64,000 bases of DNA from Zootoca vivipara (taxonomy: Eukaryota): the NCBI RefSeq assembly GCF_963506605.1, contig NC_083276.1:82150001-82214000 (forward strand). Direction: 5' to 3'. The notes below the pieces were generated by a model, which did no database searches, was not told the origin of the DNA, and saw nothing but the letters and a program-made list of their open reading frames with translations. A program made the position numbers and the translations under genes. Below, piece by piece: positions 38,013 to 49,530 of the stretch (the stretch's first letter is position 1; every line of letters begins with the position of its first letter).

Positions 38013-38945
38013 TCAGGAGAAATGTTTCATTCTAAGCACCCTCTTGACTGCGTCTTTCACATCTTTGTTTCTTAGGCTGTAGATCAAGGGGTTTAACATG
38101 GGGATCAGCACAGTGTAGAACATGGAGACAGCTTTGTCTTCATCTTCTGTGGAGTCAGAACTGGGCCGGACATATATGAAGAAGAGGCTCCCAAAGAAAA
38201 GAGAGACAGCGGTGAGGTGGGAAAAGCAGGTAGAGAAAACCTTGTGCCTCCCTTCACTGGAGCGGATCCTCAAAGTGGCTGCAAGGATGTAGATGTAAGA
38301 GATGATGACAATAAAGCCGCTGACTGTTCCTAACACAAAGGAGAGACCCAAAAGCACCATCATGTTGAAACTTGTGTCAGAGCAGGAGAGCGATATGACT
38401 GCAGGGATGTCACAGAAGAAATGGTTGATTGTGGACTTGCAGAAAGTTAACTGGAAAGTTAAGCTGGTGTGTGTTGTAGCATTGATCAGTCCTGCAAGAT
38501 AGGGTCCAACCATCAGCTGGGCACAAATTTTCCTGGACATGATGACTGTATAGAGAAGAGGCTTGGAAATAGCTACGTACCGATCGTAAGCCATGGCTGC
38601 CAAAATGAAAGCTTCAGCGGCCACAAAGAGACAAAACATAGCCATCTGTGCTGCACATCCAGGCAAGGAAATGCTTTTGCTTTTCACGACAAAATCCATC
38701 AACATCTTAGGGGTGACGACGGAAGAGTAGCAGAGGTCCACAAAGGACAGCTGGCTGAGGAAGAAGTACATGGGGGTGTGAAGTCGAGAATCGTTCCTGA
38801 TTAATAGGATCATCCCAAGATTCCCCACAATGGTGATGAGGTAGACTACAAGGAAGAATACGAAAAGCAAGATTTTCAGCTCTGGTGAGTCAGTGAAGCC
38901 CAAAAGTATGAACTCATATATGGTGCTGTGATTTTCCCTTGACAT
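38013..38945 (-). CDS. Olfactory receptor, class II, 310 aa; close paralog of 28309-29241
   Basis: Intact ORF; 15 amino-acid differences from the paralog by manual comparison. Confidence 0.95.
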   Translation of the reverse strand: MSRENHSTIYEFILLGFTDSPELKILLFVFFLVVYLITIVGNLGMILLIRNDSRLHTPMYFFLSQLSFVDLCYSSVVTPKMLMDFVVKSKSISLPGCAAQMAMFCLFVAAEAFILAAMAYDRYVAISKPLLYTVIMSRKICAQLMVGPYLAGLINATTHTSLTFQLTFCKSTINHFFCDIPAVISLSCSDTSFNMMVLLGLSFVLGTVSGFIVIISYIYILAATLRIRSSEGRHKVFSTCFSHLTAVSLFFGSLFFIYVRPSSDSTEDEDKAVSMFYTVLIPMLNPLIYSLRNKDVKDAVKRVLRMKHFS

Positions 38946-39644
38946 GCTTTTTAATTCTGTAGAGAATGTAGAGAAGAAAAGACAAGCAATTTCTGAAATG
39001 GCATAGCATATATGGAACTATGGATCACAGAAAACTCTGAATCTTTGAGTACCACTGGGTCTCATGCCTTCTATTGTAATTGGTGAAATTTTAACTTTGT
39101 GGGCATCTTCTGGATTCTGATTCAGCACTCAGTCTCAATGACTAGACAAAGCTTGCATTTTTATAATCCTTTATCTTTTATGAAATCAATAAATAATATT
39201 TTCTGAGGATTGCCAGCTGCTTAGTGGCATGCAAGAAATATGTAAAATAACTTCTGACCTCCACATGATGATGACCCTCAGTGCTATAGAGATTCCCTCC
39301 TTCTGACATAATGCAGTATAAACCAGAGATCACTAAGAGAGCCTACCCACGTCCTGATGTCTTTGCAGCAGTTTTAATCCCTCACCCATCTTTTACTTCT
39401 TCAGCTGAAATCTTGCACCTTTCTCCTGCTTGTATCACTGAAGCAGTATCTATAGGAGAATATAACCAATGATTTGCCCAAAAGGGATGCCTCGTGCTGG
39501 GAATTTGTAATATGGTCTCTGAAGGATTTGAAAACTCAAGTGGCAATGCCAATTAGCTGTTCTTGCATTTCTACCTGGAATCAGTCACCACAGTGGCCAC
39601 AGGTAGAAAAAGTAAGAATAAAACAAATGGCAAGAACAAATGGG

Positions 39645-40025
39645 TGATGCCCATGTCCGGGGCTCTGGAAATCGCTTCTGTGCATGTCCGGAAGCCAAAA
39701 ATCACGTCTGGACATACACAGAAGCGATTTCCGGCGCCCACGCTGCCCATCTCCGGGCTTTGGAAATCACTTCTGTGCATGCCCGGAAGCCGAAAATCGC
39801 ATCTGGACATGTGCAGAAGTGATTTCTGGCTCCATGCTGCCCATGTCCAAAATGTCCGCAGTGCCAGAAATCGCTTCTGCGGCTGTGCAGACGCGATTTC
39901 TGGCACTGGTCAGCGAGGGGACAGCACGGGGGACTTGCCGAGCGGGCGGCTTGGTGACTGGGCGGCTCGTGGGTCGGATAAACGGCCTTCGTGGGCTGTA
40001 TCCGGCCCATGGGCCGGATGTTGTC
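39645..40025. mobile_element. Truncated hAT-like element with internal palindromic ~95-bp tandem repeat
   Basis: Repeated hairpin unit GGAAATCGCTTCTGTGCATGTCC...GGACATACACAGAAGCGATTTCC; Charlie-like subterminal TCCGGCCCATGGGCCGGA. Confidence 0.6.
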
Positions 40026-41019
40026 TATGTACGTGCTAACATGTCACAACACACAGTTTGGAAAGCTCTGCTGTACAATGTATAGTTTACCTCTCAGTGG
40101 AAAGGTTTTTGAAGACCATTCCTTAAAGGGGCCCCAGCTTGGTTGAGGCTCTGAAACTAATTAATTATGGGGTGAAATGAGCTGAGAAATGATTCTGCTC
40201 TTTTTCAGGAACTCTTCACTCACTTCACCTGTTTCACAGACAATTAGCTGGTGATCTAAGATCAAAAGTTGTGGATAAATCTATAGGTAGCACTGCTGGA
40301 AGGCAAAGATGGGCAAACACCCACCAGCAAGATTCTTGGCTTGCCTGACAGAGGTACAAGGCTGGCTCAAGGTTTGGATCCTTCCTTGGCAGAATGCCCT
40401 CTGGCTGCCTTCTTCCTCTGCTGGTGTCTCCTAGAAGCCTTACCTGTTGGCCACAATGGACTAGTGTCTGGTACCAATGTGATGATGAGGATCAGGAAGG
40501 TGGATCTGACTCATCATTTAAATTTCCCACAATGCCCTGAATGGTAGTTCAGTGGCAGTGTGGGAAATTTAAAGGTTGGCTCAGACCTAACCACCTGGTG
40601 TCCAGGGCAAGCAGCAGCAGCAATAGTGGGCTCTGCTGGGTCCCTGCCTGAGGATACTGCATATTGATGCTGGACCTGCAAAGATCCATAATCGAGACAG
40701 CCGTTTCCCCCAGTCATGTATTCTGCTTCAGTTTCTGCCAGTCAAGTTGGCTTCCTGCAGTTATTGGAGCAGAATGTACTAAGTTCCAAACCAGATGCGT
40801 TATGCTTTTAGGAAGTCCATCATAATTAACAGCAGGAACTGGGGCCATTGTGTGTCTAACAAAAATCCCTTATATGCCCCAGAAGAATGTCCCTATGGGA
40901 GCCATTGGGGTGTTCCTTGGGCTAATAGCAGCATGGTTGGGAAAATGAATTGCATTTTAAGCAGAAGCTAGAGACTACAGGTATATACATATTTTTAAAA
41001 GAATATTAAATTTAGATTT

Positions 41020-41501
<482 letters not shown>

Positions 41502-41618
41502 TAAATTTAGATTTTTAAAAATTATTTCTTGTACTTGATGCATTTCTATTCTTACTTTCCATACCCATGTTCAACCTTAAAACATAACAATAAAATGCAC
41601 ACACAAAAGCACATCTTT

Positions 41619-43487
41619 TTAAATTAAGGTTGCTGGGACGGAGCGGAGGCGGTCCTCAAATTCCTCTGGTGTGGGCCCGGCGATCAGTACATCATCGAAG
41701 AAGGGGGTGACGCCAGGAATCCCTTTAAGGAGAGAGTCCATTAGATTCTGGAATATGCCTGGTGCCACGCTAACGCCAAATTGCAGCCGCTTTACTCTGA
41801 ATGCCCCTCTGTGTGTCACAATCGTCTGAGCCTCTGCTGTGGCTTCGTCCACAGGCAACTGTTGATACGCTTGGGCCAAGTCCAGTTTGCCAAAGATTTT
41901 TGACCCAGCCAGGGTGGCGAGGACATGGCTGACCACTGGCACTGGGTATGCATGAGCCGTGAGAGCCTTGTTTATGGTGCATTTGTAGTCTGCACAGATG
42001 CGGACCGAACCGTTAGGCTTGACGGGTGTGACAATTGGAGTTTCCCAGGGGGCGTTGGGCACCGGCTCCAGCACTCCTTGCTCCACGAGCCGGTCCAATT
42101 CCTCGTCTATGCGGGGTTTCAGGGCGAACGGGACCCGGCGGGCCTTGTGCCTGATGGGTCGTACAGCGGGGTCTAGCTGTAGGGCAATGGGGGGTCCTGT
42201 ATATCGTCCCAATGCCCCATCGAAAACCCCTGGAAACTCTTTGCATATGGCGTCCACGTCCACTTGTAAGCTAGTGCGGTTCACCCCGGTAACGGCTAGC
42301 CCCAGAGGTCCAAACCATGCCAGTCCCAGTAAGCTAGCGTAGGGGCCCTTAACTACCAGCAAGTCCAATTGTTGCTTTCGCCCTCGATATTGCACCCTGA
42401 AGGTCCCCACCCCCATTGTAGGGACCTTACGTTTCTGGAAGTCCCGGAGGGTGAATGGGGCCGGCCTTAGTTTGGGACCCCCATTAGGGCACAGTTCCCT
42501 TAATGTTCGGGCCGAGATTATGGATAGAGTTGAACCCGTGTCCAGCTCCATGCGGCATGGGGCTCCCTCTATCTGTACCTCTATATAAATTTTCTCTGTG
42601 CTGGGATGGGGCAACTGGAATACCTGGTAGTCCGTGATCTCCGTCGAGTTGCCTTGGTGCATGGTGCCGTGTGACCTGGGGCTCCTGGGTCGGTCATCTG
42701 ATGCTTGTCGACGGGTGAGTCGAGCCCGACACACCCGGGCGATGTGTCCCAATTTTCTGCACTGCCTGCACTCTGCGTTGCGGAAACGACAGGTCCTCCT
42801 CTCGTGGTTCTCCCCGCAGCTTGCACAGTTCCCTCCTTCTCGTCGAGGCTGCTGTGGTGTGTGTGCTGCTTGAGTGCGCCGCTGTACTCGGTGTACTTCC
42901 TCCCTGTCAGATTCGGATTCGTCGGTGAGGTCTTCGTGGTAGACCCTCGGTTGGGATGGCGGGGCCGGTCGTGCCTCTTGCGTTGACCTCTCGGCGGCTT
43001 TGGTTGCCAGGGCTTCCTCCAGAGCAATCTGGAACGTGAGGTCTTTTTTGGCGTAGAGGCGTCGTTGCAACATCTCGTCCCTCAGGCCACCGACGAGGCG
43101 GTCACGAAGCATGTTCTCCAACTCTGAGAAGTTGCATAACCGGGCGGCTTGGCGGAGGGAGGTCACAAACCCAGTTATGGTTTCCCCCGGGGCTTGCCGC
43201 TTTGCGTAGAAGGCATTTCGGCAAGCTACCTCCGAGGGCTGTGGTGAAAAGTGCTCCTTCAGCCGTTCCATTATTGTTTTGTAAGAGACGGTAGCGACAT
43301 CTCTAGGTGCAAGGAGAGCCCGGGCGATTTCAAACGTCTCCTCTCCACAGACGCTGAAGAATGTCGCCCTCTTCATGGCATCGTTGGTGACTTCTTTCGC
43401 TTGCAGGAGGAAGTTGAAACGGGCGGCGTACCCTTCCCAGTCTCCTGATGCTGGTTTGAATGGCAAGAAGCTGCTGTCGGTTGCCAT
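41619..43487 (-). CDS. Gypsy gag-protease-partial RT polyprotein, 622 aa
   Basis: Two Zn knuckles (CASCGENHERRTC, CRQCRKLGHIARVC); aspartic protease LDTGS; RT motifs KPNGSVRICADYK, LDLAQAYQQ, FFDD. No RNase H or integrase; the last codons come from flanking DNA. Confidence 0.9.
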   Translation of the reverse strand: MATDSSFLPFKPASGDWEGYAARFNFLLQAKEVTNDAMKRATFFSVCGEETFEIARALLAPRDVATVSYKTIMERLKEHFSPQPSEVACRNAFYAKRQAPGETITGFVTSLRQAARLCNFSELENMLRDRLVGGLRDEMLQRRLYAKKDLTFQIALEEALATKAAERSTQEARPAPPSQPRVYHEDLTDESESDREEVHRVQRRTQAAHTPQQPRREGGNCASCGENHERRTCRFRNAECRQCRKLGHIARVCRARLTRRQASDDRPRSPRSHGTMHQGNSTEITDYQVFQLPHPSTEKIYIEVQIEGAPCRMELDTGSTLSIISARTLRELCPNGGPKLRPAPFTLRDFQKRKVPTMGVGTFRVQYRGRKQQLDLLVVKGPYASLLGLAWFGPLGLAVTGVNRTSLQVDVDAICKEFPGVFDGALGRYTGPPIALQLDPAVRPIRHKARRVPFALKPRIDEELDRLVEQGVLEPVPNAPWETPIVTPVKPNGSVRICADYKCTINKALTAHAYPVPVVSHVLATLAGSKIFGKLDLAQAYQQLPVDEATAEAQTIVTHRGAFRVKRLQFGVSVAPGIFQNLMDSLLKGIPGVTPFFDDVLIAGPTPEEFEDRLRSVPATLI

Positions 43488-43596
43488 TCTGGGTTCCTTG
43501 GGTCCTGGAGCTGAAGCCTGGATGCACGGTGCGATGCAGCGGTGCAGCAGGTGGCGGTGCTGCGGTGCAGTGCGTGGTGGCGGTCAGCTCAGCAGG

Positions 43597-43614
43597 ATCC
43601 CACCTTCGTCGCCA
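43597..43614 (-). other. Primer-binding site, tRNA-Ser(GCT)-type
   Basis: TGGCGACGAAGGTGGGAT, 1 nt inside the LTR end; complementary to the vertebrate tRNA-Ser(GCT) 3' end ATCCCACC(T/C)TCGTCGCCA as I recall it. Confidence 0.8.
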
Positions 43615-43615
43615 G

Positions 43616-43991
43616 TGAAATATACTCGGAGTCGAGAGTGAATTTCATGCTCTTTATTCAGCTCATATTCATCAAGGAGAAGAAGAGAAGACGAATGGCT
43701 CTTTTCCCAAAACCATCTGCTTATATACATTATTTACACAATGGGCCTTGCGTGATTGGCTACTTCAGGGCTACACCTGTGGGCCAATTATATTGTGGAT
43801 TGACTTCTGCCTGCAGCCTGATTGGCTGCTCCTACAGGCCAATCAGGTAGCAGATTCACTTCTGCCAGCCGCCTGATTGGCTGCTCCAGCAGGCCAATCA
43901 GGTTGCGGTTTCACTTTCACCTGGAGTTGGATTGGGTAGCTCCCGCTGATTCTGAATCCTATTGTTCTAGGATTCCGCTCAGTACATAACA
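43616..43991 (-). repeat. 5' LTR (376 bp)
   Basis: TGTTATGTAC...ATATTTCA; repeated ATTGG...CCAAT palindromes; TATATAA near 43721-43727; AATAAA near 43653-43658. Confidence 0.9.
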
Positions 43992-44350
43992 GTTGCAATC
44001 CTACTCTTGCATGTATACTTTATTGAAATCTGTGATGATGTGAAATTTAGCAATGCAAAATTGAAAGATACACCAGTGGCAAGGGAGTAAAGTTCATCTG
44101 AAATATTCTGTAACTTAAGCACATTAGATATAGAATCATAGGAACATAGGCAGCTGCCTTATTTCAACTCAGATGATCACTCTGTCTTGCTCACAGTGGC
44201 TCTCTGGGTTTCCAGAACGGACATCCCCAGGCTTACCTGGGGCAATGCCAGGGATTGAAATGGGACCATGCTCTACCACTGAGCTGTGATCATAATCTTT
44301 ATCCAAATGAATTAAGGAACAAAAAGCAAGTATTCCTGAAGATGCTAGAC

Positions 44351-44486
44351 CAGGCATCCCCAAACTGCGACCCTCCAGATGTTTTGGCCTACAACTCCCA
44401 TGATCCCTAGCTAACAGGACCAGTGGTCAGGGAAGATGGGAATTGTAGTCCAAAACATCTGGAGGGTTGAAGTTTGGGGATACCTG
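44351..44486. mobile_element. 136-bp hAT (Charlie-like) MITE
   Basis: Same family as 17375; partial TSD (..TAGAC). Confidence 0.9.
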
Positions 44487-45865
44487 CTTTAGACATTAGA
44501 CCAGAATCAAATGGGAAAGCTTGTTTTGGAAGTGTGACTAGCCCAAGGTCACCCAGCAGCTGCATGTGGAGGAGTGGAGACACAAACCCGGTTCCCCAGA
44601 TTACAAATCTACCGCTCTTACAGAGAAAGAAGTTTGCATTTGTATCCTCATAGAGAATTGCCCTCCTGTGTTTATAATCTGGTTGACCTGGGGTATCTTA
44701 GCTGAATGGGAAGAGCAGAGAGGAAGGAGAGGCCAGAAGGGTGAAAAGATCTTTCCTTTTTCTTCTCATCTGACTTGGCCGGTCAGGGCGAAGAATGAAA
44801 GGATCCCTGGAACAGGCAATGGATGTATGTGGATACATTGCAAACATGTGGTTTAGGAAGTGCAATCTGGCCAAAGTCTAATTTGATAACTAAAATCTAG
44901 AAATACTTTTAAACCTACCCATCTTCTTATGACCTGCAAACACTTTTTCCTCTTGCAATTCTTGTCTCTGGTTCGTCCTGTGCATCAAGTTGAACCTCCA
45001 CTATTTACTCCACTCTCTACCACAGGAGCTGCTTTCAGTGATGAGATGAAAAGATGGCTAAATGTCATTATGATGCCTACAAATTCTTATGTATCACAGA
45101 ACTGCTTGTTGTGTGTATAACTTAGTATTTCTGAAACTGCTGTTCAGAAGGGACTTTCTATTCTGAGAGTTTGGAACTGGGGATTTTGTCCTCCGGAAGG
45201 ATCAGGTATCAGGTGGGAATTGCAATTATCTTAATGGCTTTCTGTAGTAGAAGTCAATTCCACTGCAAATGTCCTTGCAAAGCAAAAACAATATCTACAC
45301 AGTGCCAGCACAAATAGTGTAAAAAGCAGATCTAGACTACAATCCAGTAGAGAGCATAGAACACCTAAGCCCACTGATATAATAAGAATGTGCTGGATCA
45401 GACCAAAGGTCCACTCAGTCCAGCATCCTGTTCTCACAGTGGCCAACCAGAGGGCTATGGAAAGCCCACAAGCAAGTCATGAGTCTATAGCCATCTCTCT
45501 ACTTGTGTAAGTACTTATGTGACTTCTATTGCTGGATTATGGTGCTGCAACCTAGGCTTCCAGATACAGGTCTGTTTCACTGTATGGGACAAAGTCATCC
45601 CGTGGCTGTAGCAATCTCCCACTCTCCAAAGCTGTTATCCCCTGGAGATGTTCTACACCCCGCAGGAGCAAAACCCAAGATTCCCTTTATCTCCTTGGAA
45701 AAATAGTTGGGGTACATTTTTTATCAGAAAAACTTTCAGAGGTGATAGGGTTAGGCAAGTCCCACCCCAAAGTTGTCTTCCACTGCCCACTGAGTCATCT
45801 GCATCTGTATTTGATTTTCAAAGAAAATATGGGAAGAAACTTAAGTTAGATTAAAATTTAATGTA

Positions 45866-46024
45866 CAGTCATACCTCGGGTTACGGCCGCTTCAGGTTGC
45901 GCGTTTTTGGGTTGCGCACTGCGCCGAACCCGGAAGTCCCGGATGTGGCACTGCGGGTTGCGAACGCTGCGGGTTGCGAACGTGCCTCCCGCACGGATCA
46001 CGTTCGCAACCCGAGCATCCACTG
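45866..46024. mobile_element. Tc1/mariner (Tigger-like) MITE, CpG-rich
   Basis: TA|CAGTCATACCTCGGGTT...AACCCGAGCATCCACTG|TA; internal GGTTGCG repeats. Confidence 0.85.
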
Positions 46025-46136
46025 TATATGCCAACTTTTCTACAATAAAGGCACAAAATAGAAACCACAACACGTTACACATAATGTAAACACCAATGAG
46101 CATTGTGTCACAACATATCAGCAATTTCATTTCCCA

Positions 46137-46873
46137 TATATAATGAGTTAAAGAAAATGTTTAGAAAAGAATTATGAGATTAAAAATATTTAATAGGATG
46201 TGGAAGTATAAGGAGGTTGCAGAAGTAAGTTAGACTATGTAGGATGTGTTAAGATTTAGATATATGTTAGGTGGAAATAATGCCCTTAAGATTAAAATTA
46301 TATTATGAGGTTTTGGAAATTGAGGCGTGAAAAGGGATTAAGAGTAATAACTAGAATAGCTAATTATGAAAAAGAATGTTATCTAGAATGAGAAAGTGCT
46401 AAATTAGTGACTAATAGAAACATAGAAGGGAAGGGAAGGAGGAAGTCGACAAAGATATGGAATATAAGATTGAGAGATGTATTTTTATGTTGTTTTTGTA
46501 TTTTTTTCTTTTTATTTTTTATCATGGATGTCATTGTTGTTCGAATGTGTTCATTGCTTTTTTATATTTTTTATTATCACAAAATTAATAAATATATATT
46601 ATATATATATAAAAGAAAATGTTTAAAAACACTTTTGTTAAAAAACCAGAAGCCTTTTTTACTGGGTAAAAATGATACCAAAAAATGATAAAAGACTGTT
46701 CATATATGCAACAACAGCAGCAAGAATCCTTTTAGCCCCAAAATGGAAACAACAAGTACCAATGAAAGAAGAGTGGCAGATGAAAATGATGGACTTTGTG
46801 GAACTGGCGAAGCTGACGGGGGAAAAACCTGAAACCAGCACAATCAAGAATCCCAAAAAGACTGGAGTAAATT
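46137..46873 (+). mobile_element. L1 ORF2 C-terminal fragment interrupted by a second L1-type 3' UTR fragment (46164-46611)
   Basis: Rejoined frame reads IYNELKKMFKNTFVKKPEAFLLG...RLFIYATTAARILLAPKWK; the insert is flanked by the 14-bp duplication AAAGAAAATGTTTA. Confidence 0.8.
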
Positions 46874-46889
46874 GAGATCTACAACAGAG

Positions 46890-47040
46890 ACCTTCCTTGT
46901 GTGCCCACTACCTAGATCGGTGAGGCTGGTATACAAGGAAGAGGGCCTTTTCTGTGATGGCCCCATGACTTTCAAACTCCCTGCCAGTGGACAGGCTCCC
47001 ATGCTTCAAGCCTTTCAGAAGACCATGAGATGACTTATTT
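46890..47040 (+). mobile_element. L2 LINE 3' fragment
   Basis: AGGGCCTTTTCTGTGATGGCCCC...AACTCCCTGCC (RAFSVMAP...NSLP). Confidence 0.6.
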
Positions 47041-47195
47041 ATGACTGATGTTTTATGGTCTGGATTGTGACTTGTTACTGCTCTACAAAGTGTTTTAATT
47101 GACTGACTGAAATTTTGTTTCGGCTGTTCTCTTATGGGGAAAGGCAGTTGATGGTTTTTTATTGTTGATATTTTGAAAATGTTATTGTACTAACC

Positions 47196-47331
47196 CAGGC
47201 ACCCCCAAACTTCGGCCCTCCAGATGTTTTGGACTACAATTCCCATCATCCCTGACCACTGGTCCTGCTAGCTAGGGATCATGGGAGTTGTAGGCCAAAA
47301 CATCTGGAGGGCCGCAGTTTGGGGATGCCTG
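47196..47331. mobile_element. 136-bp hAT (Charlie-like) MITE
   Basis: Perfect TSD TACTAACC. Confidence 0.92.
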
Positions 47332-48175
47332 TACTAACCTATCTTGGATGGGTATTTATTATTTAAATTTGAATGCCGCTGCTTCATATAAATCTGCCCG
47401 GGGGGTTCACAACAGAACAAAAAAAATGCAAATCACTACAATGCAAATCAAATGCAAAACTATTTCAAAGCAGAACAACCTAACAAATAGCTCAGTTTGG
47501 GTACAAGGAGCGTTTTATATTTGAAGCCATCATAAAAGAAACTATCAGTTAATAACAAATATGATCAACATTCCAGCATGCCAACAATAATATAACCAGC
47601 AACCACTGTGTGGCAGTACTATACCAAATGATACAAAAAACCTAACCAAGTGTATAAAAAGTTTCATTAAGACTATTTTTTTAAAAGAAGTAAACACAAT
47701 TCCTAGCAGTTTATAAAATACATAGCAATTACAAATTAATAAATACAAAGCAATGAATAAAGGGTGTTTAATAGAAAGTAGCCAATTAAAGTACCTAATT
47801 TAGAAAAGAGGTAGTGAATCCTTGGCCCTTCAGTTGTTGTTGGACCACAACTCTCATCAGCATTGTCATGGTTAGGGATGATGGGAGATGAAGTCCTGTT
47901 CTATCTTGCAGGTCACAGCTTTGCCTGCCTGTTTTAGAGGCACTGCTACTGTATTGGTGATATTATATTGAACTGCTGCCCTGAATGTGCTGTTAGGTGC
48001 TCAAAACTATTGAGATCAGTGATCACTTGCAAAACCAGGATGTGTGTTCTTAAGGCATTGTGATGCTACTTATGCATAGGAATTTGAGAACATTCCACCA
48101 TTAAGAGAGAATGTACCACATAAATATAGACTCGGGATGGATGAATCAGTCTACTTTCAATCTCTTTCTGTTTTG

Positions 48176-48399
48176 TGTTATGTATTGAAGTCACTGTATA
48201 TAGTTTTCCCTCAGGTCCGAGGCAGTTATTTTAGGAGGGAACTTTAGGAGGGTATTTTGAAGGATGTTTTGTTACATTGTTTGAGCCAGCATCTATAAAA
48301 GCAGGCTGGCTCAGCACTTCAGTTCAGTTCTGTCCTGACTCAAATAAAGAACTGTTTGGAGAATCGCTGTGTCACCTGCTGCTTACCCACAACTTAACA
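48176..48399 (+). mobile_element. Solo LTR (Gypsy-like), 224 bp
   Basis: TGTTATGTATTGA...CTTAACA; TATAAAA at about 48294; AATAAA at about 48343; near-TSD TTTTG/TTTTC; start resembles the LTR at 43991. Confidence 0.75.
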
Positions 48400-48434
48400 T
48401 TTTCCATCTAATTTCTACATTTTAAAAAAAGCGT

Positions 48435-48747
48435 AAGTAAAGATAAAGGACCCCTGGATGGTTAAGTCCAGTCAAAGGCGACTGTGGGGTTGTGGCACTC
48501 ATCTCGCTTTCAGTCCGAGGGGGAGCCAGTGTTTGTCCACAGACAGCTTTCCGGGTCATGACTAAACCGCTTCTGGTGCAGTGGAACACTGTGACGGAAA
48601 CAGAGTGCACGGAAATGCCCTTTACCTTTCCGCCACAGCGGTACCTATTTATCTACTTGCACTGGCATGCTTTTGAACTACTAGGTTGGCAGGAGCTGGG
48701 ACAGAGCAATGGGAGCTCACGCCATTGCGGGGATTCAAACTGCCGAC
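48435..48747 (-). mobile_element. Sauria SINE
   Basis: GGTACCTATTTATCTACTTGCAC core and B-box remnant. Confidence 0.85.
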
Positions 48748-48749
48748 TG

Positions 48750-48926
48750 ATGGGAGGGCATTCCACGGGGCGGGCGCCACTACCAGGAAGGCCCTCTGCC
48801 TGGTTCCCTGTAACCTCACTTCTCGCAGTGAGGGAACTGCCAGAACGCCCTCGGAGCTGGTCCTCAGTGTCTGGGCCAAACGACGGGGGGTGGGGGTGGA
48901 AACACTCCTTCAGGTACACTGGGCCC
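48750..48926 (-). mobile_element. L2 LINE fragment
   Basis: Encodes GPVYLKE...LRTSSEGVLAVPSLREVRLQGTRQRAFLVVAPAPWNALP. Confidence 0.8.
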
Positions 48927-49530
48927 ACTCCTGCTCATTATTTGTTGAACAACAAACAGTGATGCAGCACCAAACTATATGATCAAAATCATGTCTCATT
49001 TGGACCTAGGGCAGATTGGAGACTGTCCAGGACAATCCTTGCACAAAGATGATTTTCAAGCCTTGGGACAGATGGGGGGAACCGCTGGCGTTAGATAAAA
49101 TCTCTGCTATCATTTCTGCAAGCTGTGCTTCAGCAAACAACCTCCCCTTCCACACCAATCACACCTCATGTACTGTACCCCGCTTTTATCCACTGAGCTG
49201 CAACAGTAGCAGCAGCCTGGTGCTAGACCAACACATGCCTCTCCCATCTTCCATAGTTTAAAATGTGAACTAGGCCCCTGTCAAGAATCCTTGGCTTTGT
49301 GCAGTGCTATTTTTCTATATAAAAAAGAGGTGCTGGAACTCACCATGAACCTCTTATAATGGCAATGGCGCCCCCCTGAGAGGTGAGGAATGGCTGGGGG
49401 GGGGGAAGCCCTGTGTATAATGCAATGTTATCTTACCATACATTGTTTTTATTACATTTTCATTAGCTGCCCTGACAGTGTCAAACAGGTGGGAAGCCTG
49501 ATCATGTTGAAGGTACAGGATCGACGTAGC

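Larger units (their letters stand above)
41634..43991 (-). mobile_element. Ty3/Gypsy (Mag-like) LTR retrotransposon, 3'-truncated, single LTR
   Basis: LTR 43616-43991 (TG...CA), PBS, gag-PR-RT ORF; GTTGC on both sides (41629-41633, 43992-43996). Confidence 0.95.
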
